The notes: generated by a model not told the origin, from the sequence alone. 64,000 nucleotides of DNA from Blastocatellia bacterium (GCA_963765495.1 CAVXWP010000003.1:224001-288000), one strand, 5' to 3'. Shown: positions 29,350-39,544, counted from the stretch's first letter. Program-made: numbers and translations.

Positions 29350-29820
29350 ATGAAAACCACACTACTTTGTTTAATCCTGAGCTTTGCTTTGTCCGGCTCC
29401 GTGTCGGCTCAAGATAAGCTTTCCTATATGCCGAATCCGACATTGACTCCCGGCGACGCTCTCGATCTTACTAAGGTCGATTTATGTGGGCCCAAAAAAG
29501 CAAACCTCGAAGATCGGATCGGAATCACGGTGAAGAGTCAGGTCTTCGACAGATACGACATGAGCCCCTACGCGGTCGGGTTAAATGTGGATCACCTGAT
29601 ACCGATAGGTCTGGGAGGGTCGAATTCTTTAAAGAACCTGTGGCCCCAGCCGCTCGCGGGTGAATGGAGCTACAACAGGAAAAACCAGCTTGAGCGCAAG
29701 CTGCATAAGATGGTTTGCAGCGGAGAGATTGAACTCAGGACGGCCCGGCAAGAGATAGCCGCCGACTGGGTGAGCGCCTATAAAAAGTATATGGGCGAGT
29801 CCGGGCAGACGCGGCGATGA
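29350..29820 (+). CDS. Secreted HNH-motif protein
   Basis: RBS GGAGG, signal peptide MKTTLLCLILSFALSGSVSA, PNPTLTPG, VDHLIPIGLGGSNSLKNLWPQ, KNQLERKLHKMVC. Confidence 0.78.
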   Translation: MKTTLLCLILSFALSGSVSAQDKLSYMPNPTLTPGDALDLTKVDLCGPKKANLEDRIGITVKSQVFDRYDMSPYAVGLNVDHLIPIGLGGSNSLKNLWPQPLAGEWSYNRKNQLERKLHKMVCSGEIELRTARQEIAADWVSAYKKYMGESGQTRR

Positions 29821-29846
29821 CCGACATCTATTTTCAGGTAGGGAAA

Positions 29847-32351
29847 ATGAATAAAAGATTCATTGTTTTTTTTGTGCTCCTCGCAGTGTTAAATCAGCCC
29901 GCGCTTCGGATCAGCAAGGCGCAAACGCAAAAAGATCAACAAGAGCTGACCATCAACGAGATGGAATACCTGGCTATGCCGGGTCTCAACGTGATGCTTG
30001 CGCACGACTTTTACCCCGAAAGCCATCAAGGCGGAGTGGGGATAATCCAAAACGGGCTGCGCGTAGCTACAAACGGCGACCTGCGGCTCGAACCCACGCC
30101 GGGGCAATGGCAGCCGGTCCCAAAAGTCGGGAAGAGGATGGTTGATCGCTCGAAGCAGGAGATCAGTGTGCGAATGTCGTATCCCGACCCGGAGAAGAAT
30201 CGAAAAGGGTTTAATCCCATTCTCTATCCCGATCTCAGTTTTAGCTATGTGGTCAAAATCAAGCCCGAGGGCCACTCTTTCAAGATCATAGTTGATCTCG
30301 ACCAGCCGCTGCCCGATGAGTGGATCGGAAGAGTAGGTTTCAATATAGAACTCTTTCCGGGAATCTTATTCGGAAAGTCTTATTACATGGATCAGCAGTC
30401 CGGTATTTTCCCCAGACAGGCCGATGGACCCGGCTACCGTGATCAGGATGGCCAGTACCAGATCACCTCGCTTGCCGCCGGGAAAAGGCTCGTCGTAGCG
30501 CCGGAGACCGAGCGCCAGACCATGAAGATTGAAAGCCTGAGCGGAGGCGAGTTGCAACTGATTGACGGTCGCGCCAGACACACAAATGGCTGGTTTGTCG
30601 TCAGGTCTCTGGTGCAAAAAGGCGCTGCCGCAAACGCCATCGAATGGCTGGTCTCCCCTCACGCAATCCCCGGGTGGAAATACCAGCCCGTCGTACAGGT
30701 CTCGCAGGTTGGCTATCATCCGAAACAGCAGAAGGTAGCTGTAATCGAAACCGACACGGCTGATGATAGAAGGCCACAGGTTTCGTTGTTACGGGTTTCG
30801 GAAAACGGCGGCTTTGAAAATGTTCTGGAGGCTGCGCCGAAAGAGTGGGGCAAGTTCTTAAGATATCGCTACTATCAATTCGATTTTACGAGCGTGGAAA
30901 ATCCCGGCATCTATATCGTCAGGTATGGCGACTATCAAACGGAGCCTTTTCAGATCAGCCCAGACGTTTACAAGCGTCACGTCTGGCAGCCCACGCTCGA
31001 ATACTTCCTGCCCGTGCAGATGTGTCATATGCGTGTCAATGACCGATACCGCGTCTGGCACGGAGCATGTCACATGGACGATGCGTTGATGGCTCCCATC
31101 AACTACAACCACTTTGACGGCTATCTGCAAGGCCCTTCTACTTTGACAAAATATCGGAGCGGCGCTCATGTTCCCGGGCTAAACGCGGGCGGCTGGCACG
31201 ACGCGGGAGACTTTGACCTGCGCGTCGAGTCTCAGTCTGAAACGATTCACGGGCTTTCGCTCGCTTACGAAGCATTCAACGTCAATTACGATAACACTAC
31301 GATAGATCAGCAAAACCGCGTTGTAGAGATTCAGCAACCCGATGGCAAACCCGACATCCTTCAGCAAATCGAGCACGGCGCTTTATCTATCGTCGGCGGA
31401 TACAAAGCGCTGGGAAGACTTTATCGCGGCATTATCGAGCCTACGAATCGGCAGTATGTTCATCTGGGAGACGCCTCTACGATCACAGACAATCAAGTCT
31501 TCGATCAAAAACTGGTAAAGGGCAAAGTCCCGCCGGTCGGACTGCCGGGCTCTGCCGATGACAGGCTGGTCTTTACGGAAGAGAATCCCGGCAGAGAGTT
31601 GCAGATAGCGGCGGGGCTTGCGGCGGCTTCGAGAGTGTTAAAGAAGTTCAATCCAGCACTCGCCGCAGAATGCTTACAGATTGCCGGGCAATTATGGGGT
31701 CGAACAAAAGAGAGAAACCCGCTTCAGCGCGTCGAGGCCGCAGTAGAGTTATTGATCGCAACTAAAGAGAAAAAATATTCCGATTTCCTTGTAGAACAGA
31801 CGGAAGCGATCAGCAAGAACATAGAGCGGACCGGCTGGGTGGTCGGGCGATCGTTGCCTTTTGTAAAGAACCAGAAGTACAGCGCCTCTCTCACAGAAGC
31901 AGTGAAGGCATATCGCTCAAGGGTTGACGAGCAGGGAAAGAAGACTCCCTATGGGGTTCCTTATGAGCCGAATATCTGGGGGGCCGGTTGGGGCATCCAG
32001 AGGTTTGGCGTAGAACAGTATTTTCTGCACGCCGCTTTCCCGGACATCTTTCCTGCCGATTACATGCTCAATGCGATGAACTTCGTGCTGGGCTGTCATC
32101 CCGGCTCCAACACCTCCTCTTTCGCTTCCGGTGTGGGATCGAAGTCGCTCACCGTGGCCTACGGATTTAACCGCGCCGACTGGTCATACATCCCTGGCGG
32201 CGTGGGCTCCGGCACGGCGTTGATCAGACCGGATTTCCCCGAGCTGTTGGAGTGGCCGTTCCTCTGGCAGCAGACCGAATATGTGTTGGGCGGCGGGACG
32301 ACCGATTATTTATTCCTGATCCTGGCCGCCGACCATATGATGAGTGAGTGA
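29847..32351 (+). CDS. Glycoside hydrolase family 9 (Ig-like N-domain + catalytic domain), secreted
   Basis: Signal peptide; VSQVGYHPKQQKVAVI; GGWHDAGDFD; NFVLGCHP...SFASGVG. Confidence 0.85.
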   Translation: MNKRFIVFFVLLAVLNQPALRISKAQTQKDQQELTINEMEYLAMPGLNVMLAHDFYPESHQGGVGIIQNGLRVATNGDLRLEPTPGQWQPVPKVGKRMVDRSKQEISVRMSYPDPEKNRKGFNPILYPDLSFSYVVKIKPEGHSFKIIVDLDQPLPDEWIGRVGFNIELFPGILFGKSYYMDQQSGIFPRQADGPGYRDQDGQYQITSLAAGKRLVVAPETERQTMKIESLSGGELQLIDGRARHTNGWFVVRSLVQKGAAANAIEWLVSPHAIPGWKYQPVVQVSQVGYHPKQQKVAVIETDTADDRRPQVSLLRVSENGGFENVLEAAPKEWGKFLRYRYYQFDFTSVENPGIYIVRYGDYQTEPFQISPDVYKRHVWQPTLEYFLPVQMCHMRVNDRYRVWHGACHMDDALMAPINYNHFDGYLQGPSTLTKYRSGAHVPGLNAGGWHDAGDFDLRVESQSETIHGLSLAYEAFNVNYDNTTIDQQNRVVEIQQPDGKPDILQQIEHGALSIVGGYKALGRLYRGIIEPTNRQYVHLGDASTITDNQVFDQKLVKGKVPPVGLPGSADDRLVFTEENPGRELQIAAGLAAASRVLKKFNPALAAECLQIAGQLWGRTKERNPLQRVEAAVELLIATKEKKYSDFLVEQTEAISKNIERTGWVVGRSLPFVKNQKYSASLTEAVKAYRSRVDEQGKKTPYGVPYEPNIWGAGWGIQRFGVEQYFLHAAFPDIFPADYMLNAMNFVLGCHPGSNTSSFASGVGSKSLTVAYGFNRADWSYIPGGVGSGTALIRPDFPELLEWPFLWQQTEYVLGGGTTDYLFLILAADHMMSE

Positions 32352-32387
32352 TTAAAACAGGGTGCAGGCACAAAGAGGTGGACGCTC

Positions 32388-33497
32388 ATGAACCGCAGGA
32401 GTTTTATAACGAATCTGGCGATCCTTTGCGCAGCCGGAAAGGCCGGCGCAAGAGAATTCCTGGATGAGAAAAACGACATCAATGCCAGGCGAATCCCCCG
32501 CTGGCGCGGGTTCAATTTCCCGAATCTGATCGGGCCGCCGGGAAGCCCCTTTCAGGAATTCGACTTTGCCACTATGGCAGAATGGAAGTTCGACTTTGCG
32601 CGCATCCCACTCTCTTATTGGGTGTGGGGCAGCCGCGATGACTGGTCGGTTATCAGGGAGGAGCCCTTGAAAGAGGTAGACCGGGCAATCGAACTGGGTC
32701 GCCAGTACGGGATTCATGTCAATTTGAATTTCCACCGCATTCCCGGCTATTGCATAAATCAACGTGACCTCGAACCGGCAGACCTTTTTTCTGGAACGCC
32801 GGATGAACGCGAGAAGGCGCTTGAGGCGGCCGTCTTCCACTGGAAAGCATTTGCACGCCGCTACAAAGGTATGCCCAACCGGCGATTGAGCTTTGACCTC
32901 CTCAACGAGCCGCCTAAGATGAGCACGCCCGATCCCGAACTTGAACAGCGATACGTGACAATCGTAAAGGCCCTTGTGAAAGGGATACGCGAAATTGACC
33001 CGGACCGGCTTATCGTTGTTGATGGTCTCGACATCGGTCAGAAGCCCGTGATGGGAGTCGTGGACCTGGGCCTTGTGCAAAGCACGCGAGGATATTTGCC
33101 CAAGGCGGTCAGCCACTACACCGCCAACTGGGTGCCTAAGAATGAATTCGAATCTTTCAAGCCGCCTACGTGGCCGCTCACGGATGATCGAGGGCAGGTC
33201 TGGAATCGCGCGCGGCTCAAGCGGGAGTTTATCGGAAAATATCGCCCGCTGATGAAAAAAGGTGTGCAGGTGCATGTTGGCGAGTGGGGCTGCTACAACA
33301 AGACTCCGCACGCGGCGGCGCTCGGATGGATGCAGGATTGCCTGTCGGTTTGGAAAGAGGCGGGCTGGGGATTTGCCCTCTGGAATTTGAGGGGTTCCTT
33401 TGGCGTGCTCGATAGCGACCGGGGCGACGTTCAATACGAGAACTTTAAGGGACACAAGCTCGACCGACGGATGCTCGAACTGCTCAGAAAATACTGA
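32388..33497 (+). CDS. Glycoside hydrolase family 5 (cellulase-like) with Tat-type signal
   Basis: MNRRSFI twin-Arg, WRGFN, FDFARIP, FDLLNEP (acid/base), VHVGEWG (nucleophile), WGFALWN. Confidence 0.9.
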   Translation: MNRRSFITNLAILCAAGKAGAREFLDEKNDINARRIPRWRGFNFPNLIGPPGSPFQEFDFATMAEWKFDFARIPLSYWVWGSRDDWSVIREEPLKEVDRAIELGRQYGIHVNLNFHRIPGYCINQRDLEPADLFSGTPDEREKALEAAVFHWKAFARRYKGMPNRRLSFDLLNEPPKMSTPDPELEQRYVTIVKALVKGIREIDPDRLIVVDGLDIGQKPVMGVVDLGLVQSTRGYLPKAVSHYTANWVPKNEFESFKPPTWPLTDDRGQVWNRARLKREFIGKYRPLMKKGVQVHVGEWGCYNKTPHAAALGWMQDCLSVWKEAGWGFALWNLRGSFGVLDSDRGDVQYENFKGHKLDRRMLELLRKY

Positions 33498-33537
33498 GCC
33501 CGCGCGCATCGCTCGAACGGCTACGGCAAGGAGGCTT

Positions 33538-34917
33538 ATGAACAATAACAGGGCATCGGCGCGGACGTGGGTAATAGTTCTTTTGACGCTCGTGATTGGC
33601 GCGAAGACTGTAGCGCAAGAGCGCCCACAAACCGGCCCTATCAACGTTGTCGGGCCGAGCAAGGCTTCCTACCTCGAGTTTGCCGATGAAGCAGAAATGA
33701 TGCTCGACAGGGATGTTCTTGATGTGTGGTTTCCGCGATGCGTAGATAACGAGAACGGCGGATTTTTTTCCAACTTCACGCGAGACTGGCAGCGCGCCCC
33801 AGACAAAGAAAAATTTTCGGTCTTTCAGGGACGCATGACGTGGATCGCGTCTCAGATCGTGATGCGCCGACCGGATTTGAAAGATAAGTTTCTGCCGGTG
33901 GCTCGTCACGGGCTGGAGTATCTGAGCAATGTGATGTGGGACAAGCAATACGGAGGATTCTTCTGGGGGCTTGATGACAGGGGCCGCGTCACACAGAGTT
34001 TCACCGACGGCAAGCATCTTTATGGAATGAGCTTTTGCCTGTACGGTGCGGCGGCAGAATATCAGGCGACGAAGGACCGAGGGGCGCTTGAGCTTGCAAA
34101 ACAATCCTTCCGCTGGATTGACGCGCACGCGCACGACCGGATAAACGGCGGGTATTTTGAATGGCTTACGCGCGCGGGCAAGGTGGTTCAACCCGGCGCA
34201 GAATCGGGAAAAGTGGAGGGCGTGCCGGTCGCCGCTTTCCCGCTCGGCTACAAGTCGATGAATACGCATATTCATCTTCTCGAAGCCTTCACCGAGCTTT
34301 ATAAAGTGTGGAAGGATGAGACGCTCAGACGACGGCTTGAGGAGTTGCTCTCGATTGCGCGCGATAAAATCTGCGTCGAGCCGGGTGCGATGAATCTCTA
34401 CTTCACCATTGGGTGGCAACCGATTCCAGATCACGATTCTTATGGTCACGATGTAGAGACGGCTTACCTCATGCTTGAAGCGGCAGACGAGTTGGGTCAC
34501 ACTCACGACCGGAAGACCGAGCGCATGGCGAAGATGCTCGTAGATCATGCTCTGGCCTACGGATGGGATGAGACATACGGCGGGTTCTATCGCGAGGGCA
34601 CGACACTTGGGAAGCCCGAAGACATGCGGAAAGAGTGGTGGGTGCAGATGGAGGGGCTGAACGCGTTATTGTTGATGCACGAGCGATACGGTCGGCAATC
34701 AGATGGGTACTTCAAAGCCTTCCAAAAACAGTGGCAGTTTATAAGCAAACATCAGGTTGATGCCGACTTTCGCGGCATATACGACACAATCGAGCGCGAC
34801 GGCACTCCGACCGATCACGTTAAAGCGCGGATGTGGAAGGCCGCATATCACGATGGACGGGCGCTGCTCAGTGTCACCGAGCGTCTGCGAAGGCTGGCGA
34901 AAACCGTGGCCGGATAA
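33538..34917 (+). CDS. AGE-family epimerase (cellobiose 2-epimerase-like) with signal peptide
   Basis: RBS AAGGAGG; DNENGGF, QGRMTW, KSMNTHIHLLEAFTELY, SYGHDVETAYL, WWVQMEG, WKAAYHDGRA. Confidence 0.88.
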   Translation: MNNNRASARTWVIVLLTLVIGAKTVAQERPQTGPINVVGPSKASYLEFADEAEMMLDRDVLDVWFPRCVDNENGGFFSNFTRDWQRAPDKEKFSVFQGRMTWIASQIVMRRPDLKDKFLPVARHGLEYLSNVMWDKQYGGFFWGLDDRGRVTQSFTDGKHLYGMSFCLYGAAAEYQATKDRGALELAKQSFRWIDAHAHDRINGGYFEWLTRAGKVVQPGAESGKVEGVPVAAFPLGYKSMNTHIHLLEAFTELYKVWKDETLRRRLEELLSIARDKICVEPGAMNLYFTIGWQPIPDHDSYGHDVETAYLMLEAADELGHTHDRKTERMAKMLVDHALAYGWDETYGGFYREGTTLGKPEDMRKEWWVQMEGLNALLLMHERYGRQSDGYFKAFQKQWQFISKHQVDADFRGIYDTIERDGTPTDHVKARMWKAAYHDGRALLSVTERLRRLAKTVAG

Positions 34918-34947
34918 ACGATGACCGGGAAGACAAAGGCGCTTGAG

Positions 34948-35061
34948 TGGAATTGCCCCGGTTTCGTGGACAGGCGAACGATTTCCAGAAAGGAGTCCAC
35001 GATGCCGAAAACAGATAAACCTTATCCAGAAGAATTTCGACAAACCATGATTGACCTCGCC
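34948..35061 (+). mobile_element. IS3-family left-end remnant (IRL, RBS and first ~20 codons of orfA)
   Basis: TGGAATTGCCCCGGTTTCGTGGACA resembles an IS3-family IRL. GTGGAC...GTCCAC hairpin covers AGGAG. MPKTDKPYPEEFRQTMIDLA matches the orfA start pattern Y-x-x-E-F-R/K. Confidence 0.7.
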
Positions 35062-36705
35062 CCTTTCTTATGCCGCTGTTTCTTATGCCACCCTTTCTTG
35101 TGCCGCCCTTTCTTGTGTTGCCCTTTCTTGTGTCGCGTGCTGGCCCTATGGTGTTTGCTTGCGACAGGCTCGCGTGCGGTCATAGCTCAGACTCCGCGTT
35201 TGGGCGAAAGCGCGCACCCGCGCAGGGTGATCGCTGCCGATTACGCTAAGGTGAAGGGTAGGCACAATACTTTTTTTCGAGAAGTTGTGGGCGCGGGCCG
35301 TGCAGCCGAAGGGTTGCGCGCCGACTGGCAGAGGGACCTCGCTGTCGCGCATCGCGAATGCGGATTCAAATATGTTCGTTTCCACGGGCTGTTGCAGGAT
35401 GAGATGGGCGTTTACAGCGAAGACAGACAGGGCAGACCGGTCTACAACTTTCAATACGTTGACGCGCTCTATGACGCTATCCTGAATACCGGCATGAAGC
35501 CCTTTGTCGAATTCGGGTTCATGCCCGAGGCGCTTGCGAGCGGCGATAAAACCATCTTCTGGTGGAAAGGCAATATTACTCCTCCAAAAGATTACGACAG
35601 GTGGGAACAACTGATTCAAGCCCTCGTCAAACACTGGACCGCGCGCTACGGCGCAAGCGAAGTCAGGCAATGGTATTTCGAAGTCTGGAACGAACCTAAC
35701 CTCGATCTGTTCTGGTCGGGCGATCAGGCGGAGTACTTCAAGCTCTACAGGGTGACGGCGCGAGCCATAAAGAGCGTGTCGCCGGATTATCGTGTAGGCG
35801 GACCCGCGACTGCCGGGCACGGCTGGATAGCGGAGATGATAAATTTTGCCGCGCAGAATCGGGTGCCGATAGATTTTATCTCGACTCATGATTACGGAGT
35901 GCGGGGCACGGGTCTTGATGAAAACGGGGTTCAGCAGTTATCTCTCGACACCGCGCCGTCCGCAATTATTGGAGGGGTGCGCGAGTCTCGCGCTCAAATC
36001 AAGGCTTCGGGGTTGCCTGAATTGCCGCTCCATTATACCGAATGGAGCGCGTCTTATTCGCCTCGCGACCCGGTGCACGATTCTTATATTTCCGCCGCCT
36101 ATATACTTTCAAAACTCAAAGGGACGGAAGGCTTCGCCGATTCGATGTCTTACTGGACATTCACGGATATATTCGAAGAGAGCGGCGCGGTTCCATCTCC
36201 ATTTCACGGCGGGTTCGGGCTGATAAATTTTCAGGGGCTTCGCAAACCTGCGTTCTATGCGTATCAGTTTTTGAACAGGCTTGGCGACACGGAGCTTGTC
36301 TCAAGCGACGGCGATAGCTGGGTATGTCGCAACGAAAGCGGCGTGCAGGTCCTGTTCTGGAATTTTACCCCGCCCCGTACTACCGAAAGCGATCAGGTGT
36401 TTTTCAAGCGCGATCTTCCTGCGAAGGATTTCGGAAAGGCGCGTGTCTCAATCGCGGGGCTTGGGCCGGGCGCTTACAAGATCACGATTTATAAGGTTGG
36501 CTATCAGATCAATGATGTCTATGCCGATTATTTGAAGATGGGTTCGCCTGAAACTCTGAAGCGCGAGCAGGTTCGCGAACTGGCGGAAAACAACGACGGT
36601 CGCGCGGTTTCAACGGCGCGTGTTCGGCTTCGCGCAAGACAGACTTTTACGCGAGATATTGCGTTGCGCGAAAATGATGTGTATCTGCTCACGCTGGAAA
36701 AATAG
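35002..36705 (+). CDS. Glycoside hydrolase family 39 (beta-xylosidase-like)
   Basis: GFKYVRFHGL, YNFQYVD, KPFVEFGFMP, WYFEVWNEPN, DFISTHDY, YTEW, SYWTFTDIFEE, FHGGFGL. Best RBS (AAGGAG) precedes ATG 35002. Confidence 0.9.
   Translation: MPKTDKPYPEEFRQTMIDLAPFLCRCFLCHPFLCRPFLCCPFLCRVLALWCLLATGSRAVIAQTPRLGESAHPRRVIAADYAKVKGRHNTFFREVVGAGRAAEGLRADWQRDLAVAHRECGFKYVRFHGLLQDEMGVYSEDRQGRPVYNFQYVDALYDAILNTGMKPFVEFGFMPEALASGDKTIFWWKGNITPPKDYDRWEQLIQALVKHWTARYGASEVRQWYFEVWNEPNLDLFWSGDQAEYFKLYRVTARAIKSVSPDYRVGGPATAGHGWIAEMINFAAQNRVPIDFISTHDYGVRGTGLDENGVQQLSLDTAPSAIIGGVRESRAQIKASGLPELPLHYTEWSASYSPRDPVHDSYISAAYILSKLKGTEGFADSMSYWTFTDIFEESGAVPSPFHGGFGLINFQGLRKPAFYAYQFLNRLGDTELVSSDGDSWVCRNESGVQVLFWNFTPPRTTESDQVFFKRDLPAKDFGKARVSIAGLGPGAYKITIYKVGYQINDVYADYLKMGSPETLKREQVRELAENNDGRAVSTARVRLRARQTFTRDIALRENDVYLLTLEK
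35062..35136 (+). repeat. 5 x 15-bp degenerate tandem repeat CCTTTCTT(A/G)TG(C/T)CGC encoding PFLCR-like units
   Basis: cctttcttatgccgc tgtttcttatgccac cctttcttgtgccgc cctttcttgtgttgc cctttcttgtgtcgc. Confidence 0.9.
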
Positions 36706-36768
36706 ATCATGCTTCCCAAAAGCGCGATTCGTCGTTGGCAGATGAGAGTGCCGAAGAATCGGATTTTT

Positions 36769-36835
36769 TTGACAGGATTTACAAGATTCACAAGATTGCC
36801 GAATAAGATAGGGGAAATACTGTTGATCCTGTCTG
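36769..36835. repeat. Intergenic palindromic element, same ACAGGATT family as 27815..27884
   Basis: gacaggattt acaagattc acaagatt ... aatactgttgatcctgtc. Confidence 0.7.
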
Positions 36836-36874
36836 AGTCTTTTTATACATCACAAGCTCTTCCAGGAGGAAAAC

Positions 36875-39544
36875 ATGAAAAGTTATCGGTGGGCCGTTTT
36901 ATCGGGGTTGCTTTTTCTGGTCTGCTCATTGCCCGGCTTGCCCCGCACAAGCGGCCAATCAACGGTGCCGCCTTATAAAGACCCAAAGCTTCCAATCGAA
37001 AAGCGCGTTGACGATCTGGTCTCGCGGATGACGCTGGAAGAGAAAGTCTCGCAGATGATGAACAGCGCCGATGATGTCAAGCGGCTTGGAATACCGGAGT
37101 ACGACTGGTGGAACGAAGCCTTGCACGGCGTAGCGCGAGCCGGGTACGCCACCGTTTTTCCGCAGGCCATAGGGTTGGCCGCAACCTGGGACGAGGCGTT
37201 TATCCATCAGGTAGCCGATTGTATTTCGACCGAGGCCCGCGCCAAGCATCACGAATTTGTGCGAAAAGGCGAGCGCGGGCGGTACAAGGGACTGACCTTC
37301 TGGAGCCCGAACATAAACATATTTCGCGATCCCAGATGGGGGCGCGGGCAGGAGACTTACGGCGAAGACCCTTACCTGACATCGAGACTGGGAGTCGCTT
37401 TCGTCAAGGGATTGCAGGGCGATGACCCGCGTTACTGGAAGGTCATCGCTACGCCAAAACATTATGCCGTTCACAGCGGGCCTGAGCCCGAGCGCCACGG
37501 CTTCGATGCCGAAGCCTCGGAACGCGATTTGAGAGAGACATATCTTCCGGCGTTTCGCGCTACGATAGTCGAAGGCCACGCGGCTTCCGTCATGTGCGCT
37601 TACAACAGGACGGACGGCAAGCCCTGTTGCGCAAACGATGCTTTGCTATCGGATATTTTACGCAAAGAGTGGGGTTTTAACGGTTATGTAGTCTCGGACT
37701 GCGGCGCGATTGCCGATATTTACAACGGCCATCATTTTGCCAAATCGGAGATGGAAGCCTCCGCGATGTCGGTCAAGGCGGGAACCGATCTGTCCTGCGG
37801 CGGCGAATACAAATCTCTTATCAAGGCGGTCAAAAGCGGCCTGATAAGCGAAGCCGAGATTGACACATCGCTCAAGCGACTGATGACCGCGAGATTCCGC
37901 CTTGGCATGTTCGACCCGCCGGAGATGGTTGCTTACGCTCGCATACCGTTTTCAGAAAATGACTCTGCGGCTCACCGTGAGCTTGCGCTTGAGGCCGCGC
38001 GCAAATCGATCGTGCTCTTGAAGAATGAGAACAACACACTGCCCCTGAAGAAAGAGATTAAGACTATAGCCGTCATCGGGCCGAACGCCGACGAGTCGGA
38101 AGTGTTGCTTGGCAACTACAGCGGCCAGCCCTCGAAATCCGTCACCGCGCTTGAGGGCATCAAAAACAGGGTCTCACCCGCGACAAAAGTTCTATACACG
38201 CTTGGCGCTACTTTGACGGGAGAGGCCGCTTCTCCCGTTCCTGCTTCGACTCTTGCGCTTGACTCGAAAGGATTGGCGGCAGGGTTCAGGGGCGAATATT
38301 TCAACAACAAAGATTTGCAGGGCCAGCCCGCTATGGTGAGGACCGACGCGCAGGTGAATTTCGACTGGGGGCGGGGAAGGCCCGCGCCGCAAATGGCGGA
38401 TGATAATTTTTCCGTTCGCTGGACGGGCAAATTCATCCCGCCCGAATCGGGCGTGTACGAACTGGGCGCGACCGCTGATGACGGCGTGCGTCTTTATCTG
38501 GACGGCAAGCTCTTGATTGACGCCTGGGCAAACAAACAGACCGCAACCGTGATGAAGGAAGTAAAGCTTGAGGCGAATCATGCTTACGATGTGCGGATGG
38601 AATATTTCGACGACACCCGCGCCGCGATAGCGAAATTCGTATGGTCGTTCCCGCATTTTGCCGAAAAGACCATCGAGCAGGCCGTAAGTGCTGCCCGGCA
38701 GTCCGACGCCGTAGTCCTCGTCCTCGGTATTTCGCCCGCGCTCGAAGGCGAAGAGATGAAGGTCAATGTCGAGGGCTTTCGCGGCGGCGACAGAACTTCT
38801 CTCTCTTTGCCAAAGGCTCAAGAGGATTTGCTGAAAGCGGTTCAGGCGGCAGGTAAGCCCGTCATAGTGGTGCTGATGAACGGCAGCGCCCTGGCCGTCA
38901 ACTGGGCCGATGAGAATGTAGCCGCGATAGTCGAGGCATGGTATCCGGGCGAAGAAGGCGGCACGGCGCTGGCCGATGTCTTATTTGGCGATTACAATCC
39001 GGGCGGCAGGCTGCCCGTCACGTTTTACAAATCCGTAGAACAGCTTCCGCCCTTTGAAGATTACCGAATGCAGGGGCGCACATACCGCTACTTCAAAGGC
39101 GAGCCGCTTTATCCTTTCGGATTCGGTTTGAGCTACACGAAATTCAAATATGACAATCTGAAACTGAGCGCGAAAAAAATCGAAGCGGGCGACCATGTGC
39201 GCATCAGCGTAGATGTTCAAAATACAGGCGAGAGGGCGGGCGATGAGGTGGTTCAGTTGTATGTAACCGACCTTGCATCCTCCTTTCCCCTGCCGATAAG
39301 ATCACTTGCGGGAATCCGGCGAGTCTTTCTGAAGCCCGGGGAAAAACGAACCGTCTCGTTTGATCTCGCCCCGGAGCAAATGTCGGTCATCGACGATAAG
39401 GGCAGGCGCGTAGTCGAGCCGGGCGATTTTTCAATCAGCGCAGGAGGCAAGCAGCCCGGCTCGACGGGCCGCCTCGATGCCAAAACGACCGGAGTAATTA
39501 CAGGGCGATTTGCTGTTACGGGGAGAGTCACAGAGGTTCGTTGA
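36875..39544 (+). CDS. Glycoside hydrolase family 3 with PA14 insert and Fn3-like domain
   Basis: WNEALHG, FPQAIG, RDPRWGRGQETYGEDP, KHY, GYVVSDC, DDNFSVRWTG/ADDGVRLYLDG (PA14), PFGFGLSYT, GDEVVQLY. RBS AGGAGG. Confidence 0.95.
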   Translation: MKSYRWAVLSGLLFLVCSLPGLPRTSGQSTVPPYKDPKLPIEKRVDDLVSRMTLEEKVSQMMNSADDVKRLGIPEYDWWNEALHGVARAGYATVFPQAIGLAATWDEAFIHQVADCISTEARAKHHEFVRKGERGRYKGLTFWSPNINIFRDPRWGRGQETYGEDPYLTSRLGVAFVKGLQGDDPRYWKVIATPKHYAVHSGPEPERHGFDAEASERDLRETYLPAFRATIVEGHAASVMCAYNRTDGKPCCANDALLSDILRKEWGFNGYVVSDCGAIADIYNGHHFAKSEMEASAMSVKAGTDLSCGGEYKSLIKAVKSGLISEAEIDTSLKRLMTARFRLGMFDPPEMVAYARIPFSENDSAAHRELALEAARKSIVLLKNENNTLPLKKEIKTIAVIGPNADESEVLLGNYSGQPSKSVTALEGIKNRVSPATKVLYTLGATLTGEAASPVPASTLALDSKGLAAGFRGEYFNNKDLQGQPAMVRTDAQVNFDWGRGRPAPQMADDNFSVRWTGKFIPPESGVYELGATADDGVRLYLDGKLLIDAWANKQTATVMKEVKLEANHAYDVRMEYFDDTRAAIAKFVWSFPHFAEKTIEQAVSAARQSDAVVLVLGISPALEGEEMKVNVEGFRGGDRTSLSLPKAQEDLLKAVQAAGKPVIVVLMNGSALAVNWADENVAAIVEAWYPGEEGGTALADVLFGDYNPGGRLPVTFYKSVEQLPPFEDYRMQGRTYRYFKGEPLYPFGFGLSYTKFKYDNLKLSAKKIEAGDHVRISVDVQNTGERAGDEVVQLYVTDLASSFPLPIRSLAGIRRVFLKPGEKRTVSFDLAPEQMSVIDDKGRRVVEPGDFSISAGGKQPGSTGRLDAKTTGVITGRFAVTGRVTEVR

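Noticed and set aside
32352-34548. Long antisense ORFs (436 aa, 354 aa)
   Set aside because: They shadow the GH5 and epimerase genes on the opposite strand and have no motifs; typical of GC-rich codon bias.
36709-36978. 89-aa ORF with LTGFTRFTRL...ILLILS
   Set aside because: Translation of the ACAGGATT palindromic element; overlaps the GH3 start in another frame.
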